NCBI RefSeq assembly: GCF_001194135.2 | Contig: NC_068981.1 | Span: forward strand, 168,359,809-168,423,710 | Source of the DNA: Octopus bimaculoides | Taxonomy: Eukaryota | Direction of reading: 5' to 3' | DNA length: 63,902 nucleotides | Translations under genes and position numbers: made by a program | Part shown: positions 10,753-24,275 of the stretch, piece after piece | How positions within the stretch are numbered: the first letter of the stretch is position 1 | Layout: every line of letters begins with the position of its first letter | Notes under the pieces: generated by a model | Seen by the model: only the letters and a program-made list of their open reading frames with translations | Told to the model about the DNA's origin: nothing | The model's database searches: none

Positions 10753-11905
10753 TATGAGGGTTATACCGAGGGTAATATAAACGTAGGCATGACTTTTTTT
10801 CTATTAACGAGCATAAGTCATTGAAATTGCATATGTTGGTAGAATAAATCTTTTTCTAAAGTGACACTTCATAGCAGGCAAATTGTGGAGTTCCAACCAG
10901 AAGCAACATACCGTGATCAAATTCTTGACGAAGGAGGATGCAAATTATCAACAGAAGGCTACAGGCTTTTTACAGAGAAGATACTGTTGCGGTCATTCGA
11001 AAACTAACTGCTAGATATTTACTCAAGACACCACGAATGAACCACCATAATTTCACATGATCGGTCTATAAATCAACAGCTAATCAGTATAAGGCTGTGG
11101 CCTGATATGGTTTTTCATTTCTTGTCTCCTATAAGAACTGTTTGGCATGTAGCTTAAGAGGGCAAACAGTCAACGGACCTTTGTCACCACGGAGATTTGT
11201 GCACTTGTCTTCGTATATTTTTGGACTGACTGCATGTTGCCACACAAATAGCTTTCTATAATTTCAGAGAAGTTTGTCTCTCTTCCACTTGGCAATTATT
11301 TACATTCTTCATTGTAAATAGCCAACTCCAAATATCTTTATATCCGGCAATTAATATTTCAATCAAATGTTTGCAAACACTGGAGTTGATCTAATCTACT
11401 TAACCACTCCCACGGAATTCTTGGCCTTGTGCCAAAATTTGAAATCAATATATACTACTCGTGAATAGCCACTTGACCTCCATGAAATAGCAGCCAAACT
11501 TCCATTAAATCACATTAACATCTTTTATCACCAACTTTATATTTCATGCAGCCAATGAAATATATCTGCATTTCGCCGCTATTCAAGCGACAAGCAACCA
11601 GTAACAATATAATCGGAAAAAATCACACAGACGGATGAAAAAGTTGAAAGGAGAAATCAGCAATGAAGATAATTCACAGTGGCAAACCATCAACTACGAT
11701 CACTGACACACATCACCAGCGAGTGGTTGAATTATTTTGCATGGATAGACGTGTCACAATCCGTGAGCTTGCTTTGTGACTGGACTGTGATCACAGTGCA
11801 TTACAGAAGAGTAGATACTGGGTATCGAAAAGTGTGCCTTGACCGTTGATACTCGATTTAAAAGAGAGAAGGGTGGAAGTCTGCTCTGATCTGCAGGAAA
11901 AGACA
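10753..11905 (+). mobile_element. Fragmented DD34D mariner (5' TIR and HTH region) with intervening insertions
   Basis: TA|TGAGGG start; translations HTVIKFLTKE and SGKPSTT...RRVTIRELA...GYRKVC...RRVEVCSDL. Confidence 0.7.
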
Positions 11906-12099
11906 CATTTTTTTTTTCCGAATTGGAGTTTTTGATATATATTAAAATGGAATGCCATGATTACAAACCTTTGATTATAAATCTGTTGGATTAGAGCTGA
12001 TTTGGACCTAAACTACAACTACTGCTGAGAAAGAATCAAGAATTAGAAGTGATTTTTTAAGTTTCAGTTTGCAATTGAAGCAAATTTACTACACTTGTG

Positions 12100-12457
12100 T
12101 GGAGGCGCAGTGGTTAGGGCAGCAGACTCGCGGTTTCGATTCCCAGACCGGGCGTTGTGAGTGTTTATTGAGCGAAAGCACCTAAAGCTCCACGAGGCTC
12201 CAGCAGGGGAAGGTGGCGAACCCTGCTGTACTCTTTCACCACAACTTTCTCTCACTCTTCCTGTTTCTGTTGTGCCTGTAATTCAAAGGGTCAGCCTTGT
12301 CACCCTGTGTCACGCTGAATATCCCCAAGAACTACGTTAAGGGTACACGTGTCTGTGGAGTGCTCAGCCACTTGCACGTTAATTTCACGAGCAGGCTGTT
12401 CCGTTGATCGGATCAACTGGAACCCTCGACGTCGTAAGCGACGGAGTGCCAACAACA
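12100..12457 (+). mobile_element. tRNA-derived SINE family D, near full-length
   Basis: tRNA head, ...GGATCAACTGGAACCCTCGACGTCGTAAGCGACGGAGTGCC(AAC)n tail; other copies at 13655, 40950, 44340. Confidence 0.85.
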
Positions 12458-12574
12458 TACTACACTTGTATCATTAATGTCATTGAGAAAAGGTATGAAA
12501 CATCTATCTCATTTACTTCTACTGTAAATATGTGGACTTGTCATCAAGTTAAAAAAAAAAAAAAAAGGAAATCA

Positions 12575-12930
12575 ACACAGCCATGGCTGTGGTAAGAAGG
12601 TTCCCAACCAAATGGTTCTGGGTTCAGTCCCACTGCGTGGAAACTTGGGTGTTTTTTACTATAGCCACGGGACGACTGAAGCCTTGTGACTGGATTTGGT
12701 AGACGGAAACTGAAACAAGCTCACTGTGTGTGTGTTTGTCCCCCACCACCACTTGTTAACTAGCATTGGTATGTTTACATCCCTGTGACTTAGTGGTTTG
12801 GCACAAAGAAACCGATAGAATAAGTGCCAGGCTTTAAAAAGAAATAAGTACTGGAGTAGAGTCGTTCAACTAAAAGATTCTTCTAGGTGGTACCCCAGCA
12901 TAACTGCAGTCTAATGACTGAAACAAATGA
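12575..12930 (+). mobile_element. SINE family A, near full-length
   Basis: Consensus match. Confidence 0.85.
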
Positions 12931-13654
12931 AACAGAAGTTTTAAAATATATTTACAGATCTGTATTTTAGCGATTCTGGTGGAATGAAATACACACTGTA
13001 TAAGCTATCTGGGGCACTTCTCTTAGGACTGTGTCACCGTTACAACACTCAAAGGAGATAATTATTGGATAGATTAACGAAACTATAATACCATTTAGTA
13101 CTAACCCTTCTAAAGTGCTCATATTTAAATTAAAATTTTAATCAAAATCTCATCATGAGACAAACGAGAGGTGAAATTTCAGTCAGTGAATATCAGCCGA
13201 TTGCATACCAATTTATAAAGTTATATTTTTCTGAGCCTGACCTAAAACTTGATTATATCAAAATTTAATTGAAACATGGGCAGTTTTCTCATTAGAAACA
13301 TTCCCATGAAAGAGTTATCAATCACAATAGAACTTATAATGGATGACTATTCAAATGAGTTTACACTATTGGGCAGGAGACATTTTAGTATGAGTTAAGA
13401 TAATTGTCCTGGTAGTTTTGTATCAGGTGATGAGAGGTTATAATATGATAGGTGGGCAGAAACCGGGAGTCTAGCGGACTGTTCAAATTGTACATATTGG
13501 TAGATTAACTCTTTCATTATACCAAAGTACTACTCGGCTACTCTTAATCACAAGTGATGCATTCACACCATTGTTGAATCCAAATCTCAAATCCTCTTAA
13601 GAAACATCCATGTGTGAATCGTTGTGCTCACTTCTTCACAACCAATTTCATGAA

Positions 13655-13960
13655 GGGGTATGGCTTAGTAGTTATGGTATTTTACTCATGATAGTAAGGT
13701 CGTGAATTTGATTTCCATAAGCATGTTGTGTCCTTGAACAAGGCACTTTACTTCATGTTGCTCCAATCAACTCAGCTGGCAAAAATGAGTTGTAACCTGT
13801 AATCCAAAGGGCCAGTCTTGTCACATTGTTATGCTGAATCTCCAAGAACTATGTTAAAGACATGCGTGTCCATGTAGTACTCAACCACTTTTACAAGCAG
13901 ACTGTTCTGTTGATCGGATCAACTGGAACACTCGTCTTAACTGATGGAGTGCCAGTTTAC
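13655..13960 (+). mobile_element. SINE family D, diverged
   Basis: Aligns to 12100-12457. Confidence 0.75.
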
Positions 13961-13989
13961 AACCAATTCCACCATGTCTGTATCAGCAA

Positions 13990-14660
13990 ATCATTCTCCC
14001 CAAAAGCTGTTTTTTTATGAGTCCCAACAGGCAGAAATCAGAGGGGATCAAATCCAGGTTGTATGCTGGACAGAAAACCTTTGACGACTCCTTTTTGCCA
14101 ATTGCCTGATTTGTTATTAAATATCTGTGGTCATGCATTAACTTGGTGAATGTGGACAGTCTTTAGATTCTTGTTTAGTGTCTTCTCTTAAGCTTTTTGA
14201 ATGTCTCACTAAACTGCTTGCTTTTCATGCTACAGCCACATTCTAGAAAATCAAGAATAGCACCCTTGTCATTCTAAAAAATAACCATCAATGACATTTT
14301 GTGCCAATCGCTGGCTCTTGAACTTCTAAGGCCTTATATAAGATATATGATGCCATTCCATGCACCAAGCCTTCATTTCTGGATCATATATGCCTGTTAT
14401 AGTCCCTGTCACAAGATTGGAAAAATATATCATTAGCTTCAAGTTTCCAGCAGATCAGAGCAGACTTCTACTCTTTCAAATTGAGTATCAACTGCTGAGG
14501 TAGTCATTTTCCTATACTCAAAATCTTCCACTATATCTCATAATGCATTGTGACCACAGTCCAGTTATGCATGGATTCTGACTAATCAGTCCACACTAAT
14601 CACTTCATCCATCCACGTGCTGGCAATTTGTGTCAATGGATGCAGCTGATAGTCTTACTG
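13990..14660 (-). mobile_element. Degenerate mariner transposase fragment, same family as 11640-11900
   Basis: cagcagatcagagcagac is the near reverse complement of gtctgctctgatctgcag at about 11880; remnants of the DEAWIH/WVP and PDLAP regions. Confidence 0.65.
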
Positions 14661-15564
14661 CACAGCTTCTTTTTAATGTTAGTGCCATGTAAAAAGTACC
14701 CAGTAAGTGGTTGGTGTTAGGAAGAGCCTGAAACTATGTGAAAGCAGGCAGTAGAGCTTGGTGCAGTCCTCTGGTTTGTCAGCTCCTGTTAAACTATCCA
14801 ACCTATGCTAGCATGCACAAATAGACATTAAACAATGATGATGGCCATAATGTTTCCCTTTCTTTAAACTTCTTCACTCATTTGTGCACGTTGCTCATCA
14901 ATGGTATCATCTCCCAAAACATGTAGCCTGCACCCCTCCTTTGTCAAGAACTTAACGAGGGCATGTTTCTTCTTCTTGGAAGCCATTATTTACTGGCAAC
15001 TAAGAACAAACAAGAAGAGTTACTCCAGTAACATGAGCAATTTGAACAACCCATAACAGTTAATGAAAACTTTATGCCCACTGTTGCATCACTTTTTGTT
15101 ACAACCCTTGAATGCACAAATACATGGATTCCATTACACTCAGAGATCTCTAGTGCAATCTTATTTTATATATAACTTATTGAAGTATACTAAACTGTAA
15201 TTAGAGAATATAAAAACTATTCACCATCATACATTTAAAATAGTGATTAGATGTTAAAAAAAAAAATTATTAGCAACAATACCAAGGAAGGTTGAAATCA
15301 TGTATGTGATCTGGTGGTCTCTCAGCTGAAGATGGCAGGGATTTATCTCCATGCTTGCAATATAAACAATAGTACATTTTGCACCAAAAGCTAGTATGAG
15401 AGTTTCTCTCATGGTATCTACCACAGTATAGTTTGTGCTAACAGAACATACGTGTTTAAGTGGGAACAAATATCACCTCATTGATTAGATGGTTGTGAAT
15501 CATTAAATATTTTAGATTTAAATTACTGGAGAAAACTCAAGCCAAAATATCTTTCATCTACTCT

Positions 15565-15791
15565 TTAACCCTTTTGCATTTAAACCAGCCATATCTGGCC
15601 CAAATATTCCACACGTTTTATGTTCAAACTGGTCAAATCCAGCATGTCACACCTACCCTACAATGTCATTCTAAGAATAAACAATCACATCATTAAAAGT
15701 ATCAAAGCTAGAAAACAGTCTATGATTAATTCAAAATAGCAAATTAATAAGTACTACATTTGACAAAGTAATACAAACGCTAAAGGGTTAA
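15565..15791 (+). mobile_element. piggyBac-like MITE (family E), best-preserved copy
   Basis: TTAA|CCCTTTTGCATTT ... AACGCTAAAGGG|TTAA. Confidence 0.85.
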
Positions 15792-16327
15792 TCTTTGCAG
15801 ACACAACAGAAATTTTTTACCTTTAGCTAAAATAATTGAGCTACTCTAATTCTAATTATTACTTTATCTATCACTTGTGGCAGAATATTTCACATACTTC
15901 AGAAATTCATGAATGGATAAATTTCTATCACAAACACAAACTGACATCTATAAATTCATAGTGTATCAGGTGTAAAACATGTCACCTTGAAAAGATTGTT
16001 TAAAGTTGTAACCCATGACGCTAGACAAGAATCTAAGGAAATTGAAAATTAACTGGAGTTGCAAATCTACTTAGCTTAGAGTTTTAACAAAAACCTATCT
16101 TCTCAGTAAAGCTAATTGTGTTTACATGGTAGAATTTCATAGAGTGTGTGGTTTTTGTAAATAAAAACATGGAAAAAAAAAAAAAAAAGGATATGAACAG
16201 CATCAGTTTCTGCAATAAATTCTCAGCATATCAATTGAACCTGAGAACTTACTGAGATACTTTTATGAGACTGAAACCATGAAATAAATGCTTATATAAT
16301 CAAGTCAGAAATGAGTTTTCAATAAGA

Positions 16328-17688
16328 TTTATTTAACATTCTCTTAATGATACCAGAGTAAAACTTATTTAGAGATAAACTCAAGTCGATCATATAAATA
16401 AAACTTGAAAGCATTCTTCTTAAAAAAAAAAGCTATAAGTGAGTAAAATAATAAAAAAAAAAAATCAAGTATAATTTTAAATAGATGGATGTGAAATGGG
16501 AAGAGAGTAGAAGGGAGAACTTTTTGGTTTTTCCATTTTTCAAAACATTTATCCAAACTTTTGAATCTTAAAACAAGCTTCAGCTACATTAGTGTTTGTA
16601 CTGAAACGGTGACATTTAAAAAATTTTTTGAGTAGAAAAGTTAGAGAGAAAATTACTAGCTTACACTTGTAGAAATTTCACCTGATTTCCTTTATCAATA
16701 GTGCTATTCATGTAGTAGATCTTGGTATTGGGTACCATTAGGGAAGTGGGGTTTCTTGTGTGTTTTACTCTCCACAGGGGAACAGTAGTTAAGCAACAAA
16801 CAGTTGCTGATATAAAGAGGGGTGAGTAAGAGTGAAGAAACCAATCTTCAAATCAATAAATTTTATTATTAGAAATACAAGAAATTAGAAATAAAATGCT
16901 GTCAGACGTACGATACTCAAATGTATCTTTACAAATTGAAGAAGAATAAGAGAGGAAAATAACAAAAAAAAGAATTAAGAAGGCTGGATAAGAAATTGTG
17001 AAATTTGTAATTTTAATATTAATAACTGTTGATGTTGTACAAGTTGTTATGTTGCTAAACAGGTGTACATGTGTGTATATATATATGTCTATTTGTGTAT
17101 GCGTGTTTATAAAGAAGGAAGAGGCTAGCTATGTCGACCAATCCAATCATACAATTTGCCACTGCTTGATTTTCTTTAAAAACACTACCGCACTATCAAT
17201 GCATCAGTAACAGGCGGTGCCAATTTTCAAAGAGGATAAAATGTTTTTTTTTTTTTTTTAATTTTGTCTCCCCCTTTTCACTCTCACTCACTCACTCACT
17301 TTCTCAGTTTCCCCATCTCTCTTTCTTTCTCTCTCTCTCTCTCTCTCTTGCTTTTTCATTACCATTCAATTTCTCTCTATCTGACTTGCACTCTTTTACA
17401 CTGTTTCTTCCTTTTCTCTAGAATGGTAGAAATAAAGACAGAATTTGCTGCTGTTTGACTTGGTGTTGTTCACTCTTGCCAACAATGTTCCCACTGGTTG
17501 TTAATGGGAACTGTATTATCATATCATACATAAGGTAAAAGAGGACACCAGCACCAAAGCCGACACTGATGGTGTCTGTCTGTATTGGTAGATAAAAAAA
17601 AAAAAAAAATATATTTATATGTATAGAAAAGTCAAAGAAAAATGGAGAAAGTGGAATCCAGGGCAGAGAGGAATGGGTTAAGAACAAG
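16328..17688 (-). other. Probable MCRIP 3' UTR
   Basis: Repeat-poor AT-rich sequence after the stop; AATAAA on the minus strand at 16862-16867 and 16328-16333. The true 3' end is unknown. Confidence 0.5.
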
Positions 17689-17759
17689 TCACGTGGTCCC
17701 ACGTGGTTTCTCTAATGTTCGTTGGTTACACCATTTATCCAAATCAAAAGGTTTGAAAT
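17689..17759 (-). CDS. MCRIP2: MCRIP/FAM195 last coding exon (NFKPFDLDKWCNQRTLEKPRGTT*)
   Basis: tttctttctttacag|; phase 1; matches the recalled NFVPIDLDEWWAQQFL; TGA at 17689-17691. Total CDS with one exon 5 is 471 nt (156 aa). Confidence 0.92.
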
Positions 17760-17914
17760 CTGTAAAGAAAGAAATTAAAAAAAAAAAATTAAATGAAATA
17801 TTAAATAAAAAAAAATTTTTTTTTTTTACATTTTCAATAATATATTATAATAAACATAAAAGCACAAAACTAAGTAAGTCAAATCAATCTATTGTGTGTG
17901 TATATATATTCATC

Positions 17915-19190
17915 GACATCATCTAACATTTGTGTTCCATGCAAGCATGGGTTGGATGGTCCAGTGAGCCAGAAGACTGTACTGAATCCCAATGTCTGCT
18001 TCAGCACATTTTCCACAGCTGGATGCCCTTCTCACTGCCGACCAATTTACTGAGTGTATTAGGTGCTTTTTTTTTTTTTTATAGCACAGGTACTACCGAG
18101 GTGATCAAAATAACTAGCAAGAGATCCTTGACTGAGCTGGAGTGTAATATTGAGGGAGGTGGCTTTGTGCCAGATGTGGAGGAGGCTAAAGCATGATAGA
18201 GGGATAAGAACAGGCGTCTTACTGTAGAGGAGATACACGATAACCCCAGCTAGAGACAAGAGACAGCAAACTGAGTATGGTTGGATGTGTAGATTTGCTA
18301 ATCTGTGAAAGGAAAGTGACAGATGGTTAGAAATTGAAATAGAGGTGAATGCAGTAAAATGCTGAATACAGGTGGAGGTGTGGTCCATGGTGAATCTCAA
18401 TTTGGTGGAGAAAGTAAAAGAAAATAGAAGTGGGTCAAGGAAGAGGAGGCAGTAAGTGGCAGTACATAAAGTGAGGGAGAGCAACATCATCATCATCATT
18501 TAACGTCCACTTTCCATGCTAGCATGGGTTGGACGATTTGACTGAGGACTGGTGAACCAGATGGCTGCACCAGGCTCCAATCTGATTTGGCAGAGTTTCT
18601 ACAGCTGGATGCCCTTCCTAACGCCAACCACTCCGAGAGTATAGTGGGTGCTTTTACGTGTCACCCGCACGAAGGCCAGTCAGGCGGTACTGGCAACGGC
18701 CACGCTCAAAATGGTGTATTTTATGTGCCACCTGCACAGGAGCCAGTCCAGCGGCACTGGCAACGATCTCGCTCAAATGTCTTTACACGTGCCAGGAAGG
18801 CGACACTGTGCACATGTGCCAGATAAGAAATAGGGAAATGATGTGAAACAAGAGGAGAGAGGGATACACAATGACAGAGGTAAGTGTCAAAGGTATGTAG
18901 GGGTGGATATAGTGAGTGACAAAGGATGGGAAAAACCTCAATCGCAGCTGTAAGAAGGTGCTAAGTAGAAAATAAAGGAAATAAGTGATGATGCTGAAAA
19001 TGTGGGATGGATGACAAGGGAAGTGGTTCCAAGGAGAGGGACAATTGGTAATACAAAGGGTGGGTGCTGGGGTGAAATATCCGCACTTGTGCTCTCATAT
19101 AATTACAGCAGCTGCTATAGTTAGAAGGGTGAAGGAAGGACAGGTATTGTGAAGATGAGTTGAGAAGATTTGACAAGAACAGTTTGTGTG
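17915..19190 (-). mobile_element. Cluster of family C tails and associated purine/pyrimidine-skewed repeat (includes a young copy at 18482-18830)
   Basis: Consensus matches. Confidence 0.75.
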
Positions 19191-19685
19191 GGGAAGTATA
19201 GACATAAACAATATGCTTTTAAGATCCCATTCCTTTGCTGAAATTAATAAGTCTTTTCAAGCACAGCAAATTGCCAATCATCTCTGTCCTTCGTCATCTC
19301 CTCTATAAGCTTCAACAAGCTGAAGGTGGTCTTCACTATTTTGTCCCATGCCATCCTGAGCCTCCCTCCGCTACAGGTTCTACCCACATTTAGCAATTGG
19401 CACTTCTTTATGCAACTCTACTCATGCATATGCATCACATGACCCACACTAGTGTAGTCTTCTCTCTTGCACACAACATCTGATGCTTCTTATGCCTAAT
19501 TTCTTTCAACATACTAGCACACTGACATTGAGTGTCTAATGAAGCATGCTAGATTCATTTCTTTCCAGCCTCCAAATGTCCTCTGCATTCGTGGCCCATA
19601 TTCCGCCATTATGTAACATTGCTATCTGATATACACAACTGAAGCAGTTTTAAGCTAATATATATACATAACTGGCTGTTTGGAT

Positions 19686-19899
19686 TTAACCCTTTAGTAT
19701 TCGGATTATTCTGTCAAATATGATGCTTATTTATTCACATTGTCTTGAATTAATCCTGTCTCATGTTTTAGTGATGTGATTATTTACTTTTAAAATAACA
19801 TTATAGGGTAGGTGTGAGAGGCAGGATCTTGTCTGTTTGAACATAAAACAGGACGAATATTTGAGCTGGACATGGCCAGTTTAAATGCTAAACAATTAA
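19686..19899 (-). mobile_element. piggyBac-like MITE (family E)
   Basis: TTAA-CCCTTTAG terminus; internal match. Confidence 0.8.
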
Positions 19900-20925
19900 T
19901 ACTGCTTCAGTTGCATACAATGGATTTTCATTCAACTGGGCAGCTGTCTGCAATGTCAGTGACAGTTCTATTCACTGCTTCCTATATTAAAGATGACAAA
20001 TCTCATTTAGGTATGTGGCTGGCTGGGAGTACAGATCACTGATAAGGAGGCTCAATAACACTGAAATGCATCTAGTGTTGTTGCTACCTACAGCTGGGAT
20101 GGTTTTTCTCTTTTTTTCCCCACTGATATATAGTGTTTTTAATCACAGATTGTCCATAAAAGATGTTACCTTCAGATGGATACCACAGTAACTTGCCTAT
20201 CAATAATGTATATACATTAAGTATGATGCACAGACAGCTATATATATATCACTACCATCATCATTTAATGTCCATTCTCCATGCTGGTATGGGTTAGATG
20301 GTTTGACTGGAGCTGATAAGCCAGAGAGCTGCATCTGATTTGGCATGGTTTCTACAGCTGGATGCCATTCCTAATGCTAACTACTCCAGCAGTGTAATGA
20401 GTGCTTTTGTGCCACACACACATATAAACAAAGAATATAAACATATTTATATTAATGTTTGTTTTTATGTCAAGCATTACATAAAAACAATGTAACATCA
20501 AACTGATTATTCAAAACTTTTTATTAGAGTATATGTTTATCAAACTTTTACAAGAAGTGAGGTGACAGTGACTTCAAATTTTCAGCCTGCTGGCCTTTGT
20601 CAGGTCCAATCTTCAAAATGATTATCAACCCTCTTCTTGCAAAAGTTCACAGATGGGCTGAGATTGACTACAGTTGTTTGTGACATGTTTTTAATTGATA
20701 AACAAATCAATTACTTCATGTAAAAAAAAAAATTGTTTTCTTCAGGTGAATTAAGAGTAGAAATTAAACATTTAGGATTTTTCACACAAAAAGTATATGA
20801 TGCATATGATGCTCTCATCTCAGTGCCCACTGAGAGAATAGGAAATGTTATTTTGATGCTAAATATATACATGGTAATAAATCAATCAACACCTTCAAGA
20901 GATGGAAAAGAAAAGAAAAAAAACA

Positions 20926-20962
<37 letters not shown>

Positions 20963-21292
20963 TATATATATTTATCAAAGCCTTCTACAACTCTTTCTTC
21001 CATTATTATAAGACAAAAAAGTTACTGCTGTAATAGCAGTTGTACTCCCTCTTGTCTCTTCAACATATACCTTATTTATCTGATTTCTTTTTAAACCAAC
21101 ACTGTCTACTCAATATTTTATCCATTGAAAACATTTTTTTTTATGGATTGGCCAAAGAAAGAAACTTAACACAAATCAACTTTTATCTGAGTATGCAAAA
21201 CCTAAACCCATGGCTTGCTGGAGTAGGAAACAACATATTAGGCTATCAAATTATCGGCACTCAGAGCAGAGAATACTTGCATCAAACTGGAC

Positions 21293-21519
21293 TCCGTTTA
21301 GGATTTAAACCAGCCATATTAGGCCCACATATTCTGCATGTTTTTATGTTCTGAATGGCCAAATCCAGCCTATGACAACTACCCTACAATGTCATTCTAA
21401 AAATAAAACAATCACATCATTGAAATTTTGAAGCTATGAAATAATGCATGATTAATCCAAACCAATTTGAATAAATAAACATTATGTTTGACTGAGTAAT
21501 CTGAATGTTAAAGGTTTAA
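21293..21519 (+). mobile_element. piggyBac-like MITE (family E)
   Basis: Internal match; right TIR present. Confidence 0.75.
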
Positions 21520-21884
21520 AGTAAACCATGCAAAATAATTATTACAGAGATAACTCAATATGAAAAACTCTATATGTTTGCTTGATATGTTAGAAATAGC
21601 AAAGTGTTATGACTTAATCTGTTGCCTAGTAGAATCCATTCTGTTGCAAGCATTCAGACAAAGTATTCAGCTTGGATGGGACAGTTTGACAAGATCCAGC
21701 GAGCCACAGGGCTGTGCCAGGCTCCAGCATCAGTTTTGGAATGTTTTCTATAGCTTGATGCCCTTTCTAAGACCAACCACTTTACAGTGTGTACTGTGTC
21801 TTCATGCCACCAGCACTAGCGAAGTGGCCAAGTAACTTGCAAGACAGAATTATAACAAAGGAAAAGGAAAATTCTACACATACA

Positions 21885-22170
21885 TCATCATCATCATCGT
21901 TTAACATCCGCTTTCCGTGCTAGCATGGGTTGGACGATTTGACTGAGGACTGGTGAACCAGATGGCTACGCCAGGCTCCAATCTGATTTGGCAGAGTTTC
22001 TACAGCTGGATGCCCTTCCTAACGCCAACCACTCAGAGAGTGTAGTGGGTGCTTTTACGTGCCACCGGCACGAAGGCCAGTCAGGCGGTACTGGCAACGG
22101 CCACGCTCAAAATGGTGTATTTTATGTGCCACCTGCACAGGAGCCAGTCCGGCGGTGCTGGCAACGACCG
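21885..22170 (-). mobile_element. Family C tail, young
   Basis: Nearly identical to 18482-18760. Confidence 0.85.
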
Positions 22171-22320
22171 TTTGAAAATGAGATTGGATAGTCATCATGG
22201 AATATCTTTAACACTTGGACTGTTCTATCTGGGCTAATCAAGGGCTAGATGGCAACAATAGATGTACAGAAAAAAAGGAGGAATATTATAGCAAAATAGA
22301 AATTGATCAAGATGACTTAC

Positions 22321-22371
22321 TCTCCATTTGTGGGTTTGGACATTTTTCTTTGTACCACGTAGGATTAGAAG
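22321..22371 (-). CDS. MCRIP2: MCRIP/FAM195 exon 6 (51 nt; SNPTWYKEKCPNPQME)
   Basis: tttcatttccag| and |gtaagt; matches the recalled PVQYVERTPNPRLQ. Confidence 0.92.
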
Positions 22372-22957
22372 CTGGAAATGAAAGAAAATAATCGTGAGTA
22401 AAGTTGTACCTAATAACAACATTGCAGAATAATCTACAATTTAACAATTTAACAATGAGGAAGCAGCATAGCAATCATCATCACTCTTGCATTTACTTTT
22501 GTGTTCAATTTTCATAGGGTAGATGAAACTTATTGAAGCATATTTATTTTGGCTAGATGCTCTTCCTGTCACCAACCCCAAATTGTATTTCAAATAAGGT
22601 ATTTATAATTCCACTGGTCATCACAATTTTACTAACTATGGAACATTTGCAAAAGACAAACAGAATTCACAAACACACACATAATGGGTTTTGCACAGTC
22701 TCCACTCACAAAGCATTGGCTGGCCTAGTTCATTGTAGAAGACGCTAGCACAAAATGTCATGCAATGTGGCCAAACCCAAAAACCATGAGGTTGCACAAT
22801 GGTTCTCATAATCATACTGCCAAGTTTGTGCACATATAGTAGATGACACCCCAACAACTCTAAAAAAAAAAAGAGGTGGGAACAGAACAGATGTATTATT
22901 GATGCTATGGACTGATGAGGAGAAAGAATATCAGGAGAGAAATAAAAAACAACTTAC

Positions 22958-23011
22958 ATTTTATAATTCTTTGATGTCTGTTATCCATGTCATGAGAAAA
23001 CCTGCTCCAAG
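22958..23011 (-). CDS. MCRIP2: MCRIP/FAM195 exon 5b (54 nt; SWSRFSHDMDNRHQRIIK), paralogue of exon 5a
   Basis: Poly-T ...accatttcag| and |gtaagt; phase 1-1 open; same length as 5a with 29/54 nt ungapped identity. Confidence 0.8.
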
Positions 23012-24089
23012 CTGAAATGGTAAAAAAAAAAAAAAGAGGTTAAGGAAAATGAAAATAAATCCAAGTTAGATATCTAAATATCAGAGATGTGTTAGTATGA
23101 ATTCATTAGAGTATCATTAATCTTATATTTAATTTACACCTGTCATTACTGCTGATTAGCTCCCAGCTAATCTCTAATCAACCAACAAGATCCAGTCCTT
23201 ATTATGATGTGGTGACTTGCATGCCTCAAAGATCCTGAGAGCTATGCCAGGGGAGAGCAAATTCTTGGTAAAGGCTTTCCATGCAGGACAGGACAAAGAA
23301 TGGCAGCCAGAGCAATGTGGACCATGGCCAAAGCCACTACCTTGAAGAAAGCAAAGTTACAGAACCATCAATGATGATTTGAAACCAAGACCCAAGAGAG
23401 AGAGGAAAAGACAGCCCAGAGTTGAGAACAGAGAAGAAAAGTCATTGATAACCTATTCTCCAAAGGGAGCATAAGTTTTACTGATGAAATGATAATCCCT
23501 GATCTAACATACTTGTATAATCAAACATGTTTCAAGCATGACTATTGATTTCATTTTTTTCCTTCACACAGCATACTGTAAACTACATTATGAAGTGTCC
23601 TTTTTTATTAACTATATGGTACAGTTTGAGACAGATTTGGGTAATATTTCATGTGGAGGCCTTCTTGTAGCTGCCTATACTACCATTTCTATTGGTTATA
23701 TTTTCTGATCATCTTCAGTTTACAGATACATATAAAATGTAGTAAAAGCACTTCTTATTGGCACCATCTTATTATCTGTTTCGAATTTGAATCAAATTTA
23801 ACTTCTAAGTCAGGGATAAATTTGCAATGCTCAGATTATTGTGATACTCTGTCTATGTCATTTCCATTACAAGCAGAATCACTTCATGTAAGTTAATTAC
23901 ACTTTCTACCACATATCATATGAATGAATGAGTGGTGATAAAGCTGAGTTGAACATCAACTGAAATCAACTTTTATTAACTATTCACATCTAAGATACCT
24001 TTTGTAATTCAGTGACCTATGTTCATGGAATAAATAGCACTTTACAAACAGCCCCCCTTATGTTTTGAAAAAATTATATATATATATAT

Positions 24090-24275
24090 AATTGGCATTA
24101 GGAAGGGCATCCAGTTGTAGAAACTCAGCCAGATCAGATTGGAGTCTGGTGTAGCCATCTGGTTCGCCAGTCCCCAGTCAAATCGTCCAACCCATGCTAG
24201 CATGAAAAGCGGACGTTAAATGATGACGACGATAACGATATATGCCAGCATGAAAGGCAGACATTAAACGATGAT
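24090..24275 (+). mobile_element. Family C tail
   Basis: Consensus match. Confidence 0.85.

Noticed and set aside
17418-17585. Acceptor-like site with TM- or GPI-like translations (ISVGFGAGVLFYLM; PSVSALVLVSSFTLCMI)
   Set aside because: Lies in the MCRIP 3' UTR, 100 nt past the true stop; no homology. An alternative last exon cannot be excluded but has no support.
17689-17710. Tandem CACGTG E-boxes at the MCRIP stop
   Set aside because: A short duplication within the final codons; no evidence of regulatory function.
20177-20203. Possible 27-nt microexon (minus) between MCRIP exons 6 and 7
   Set aside because: Weak sites; homology shows exons 6 and 7 join directly (QME-NFKP).
20746-20875. 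Plus-strand open frame GELRVEIKHLG...
   Set aside because: No recognisable homology; both strands are open, consistent with chance.
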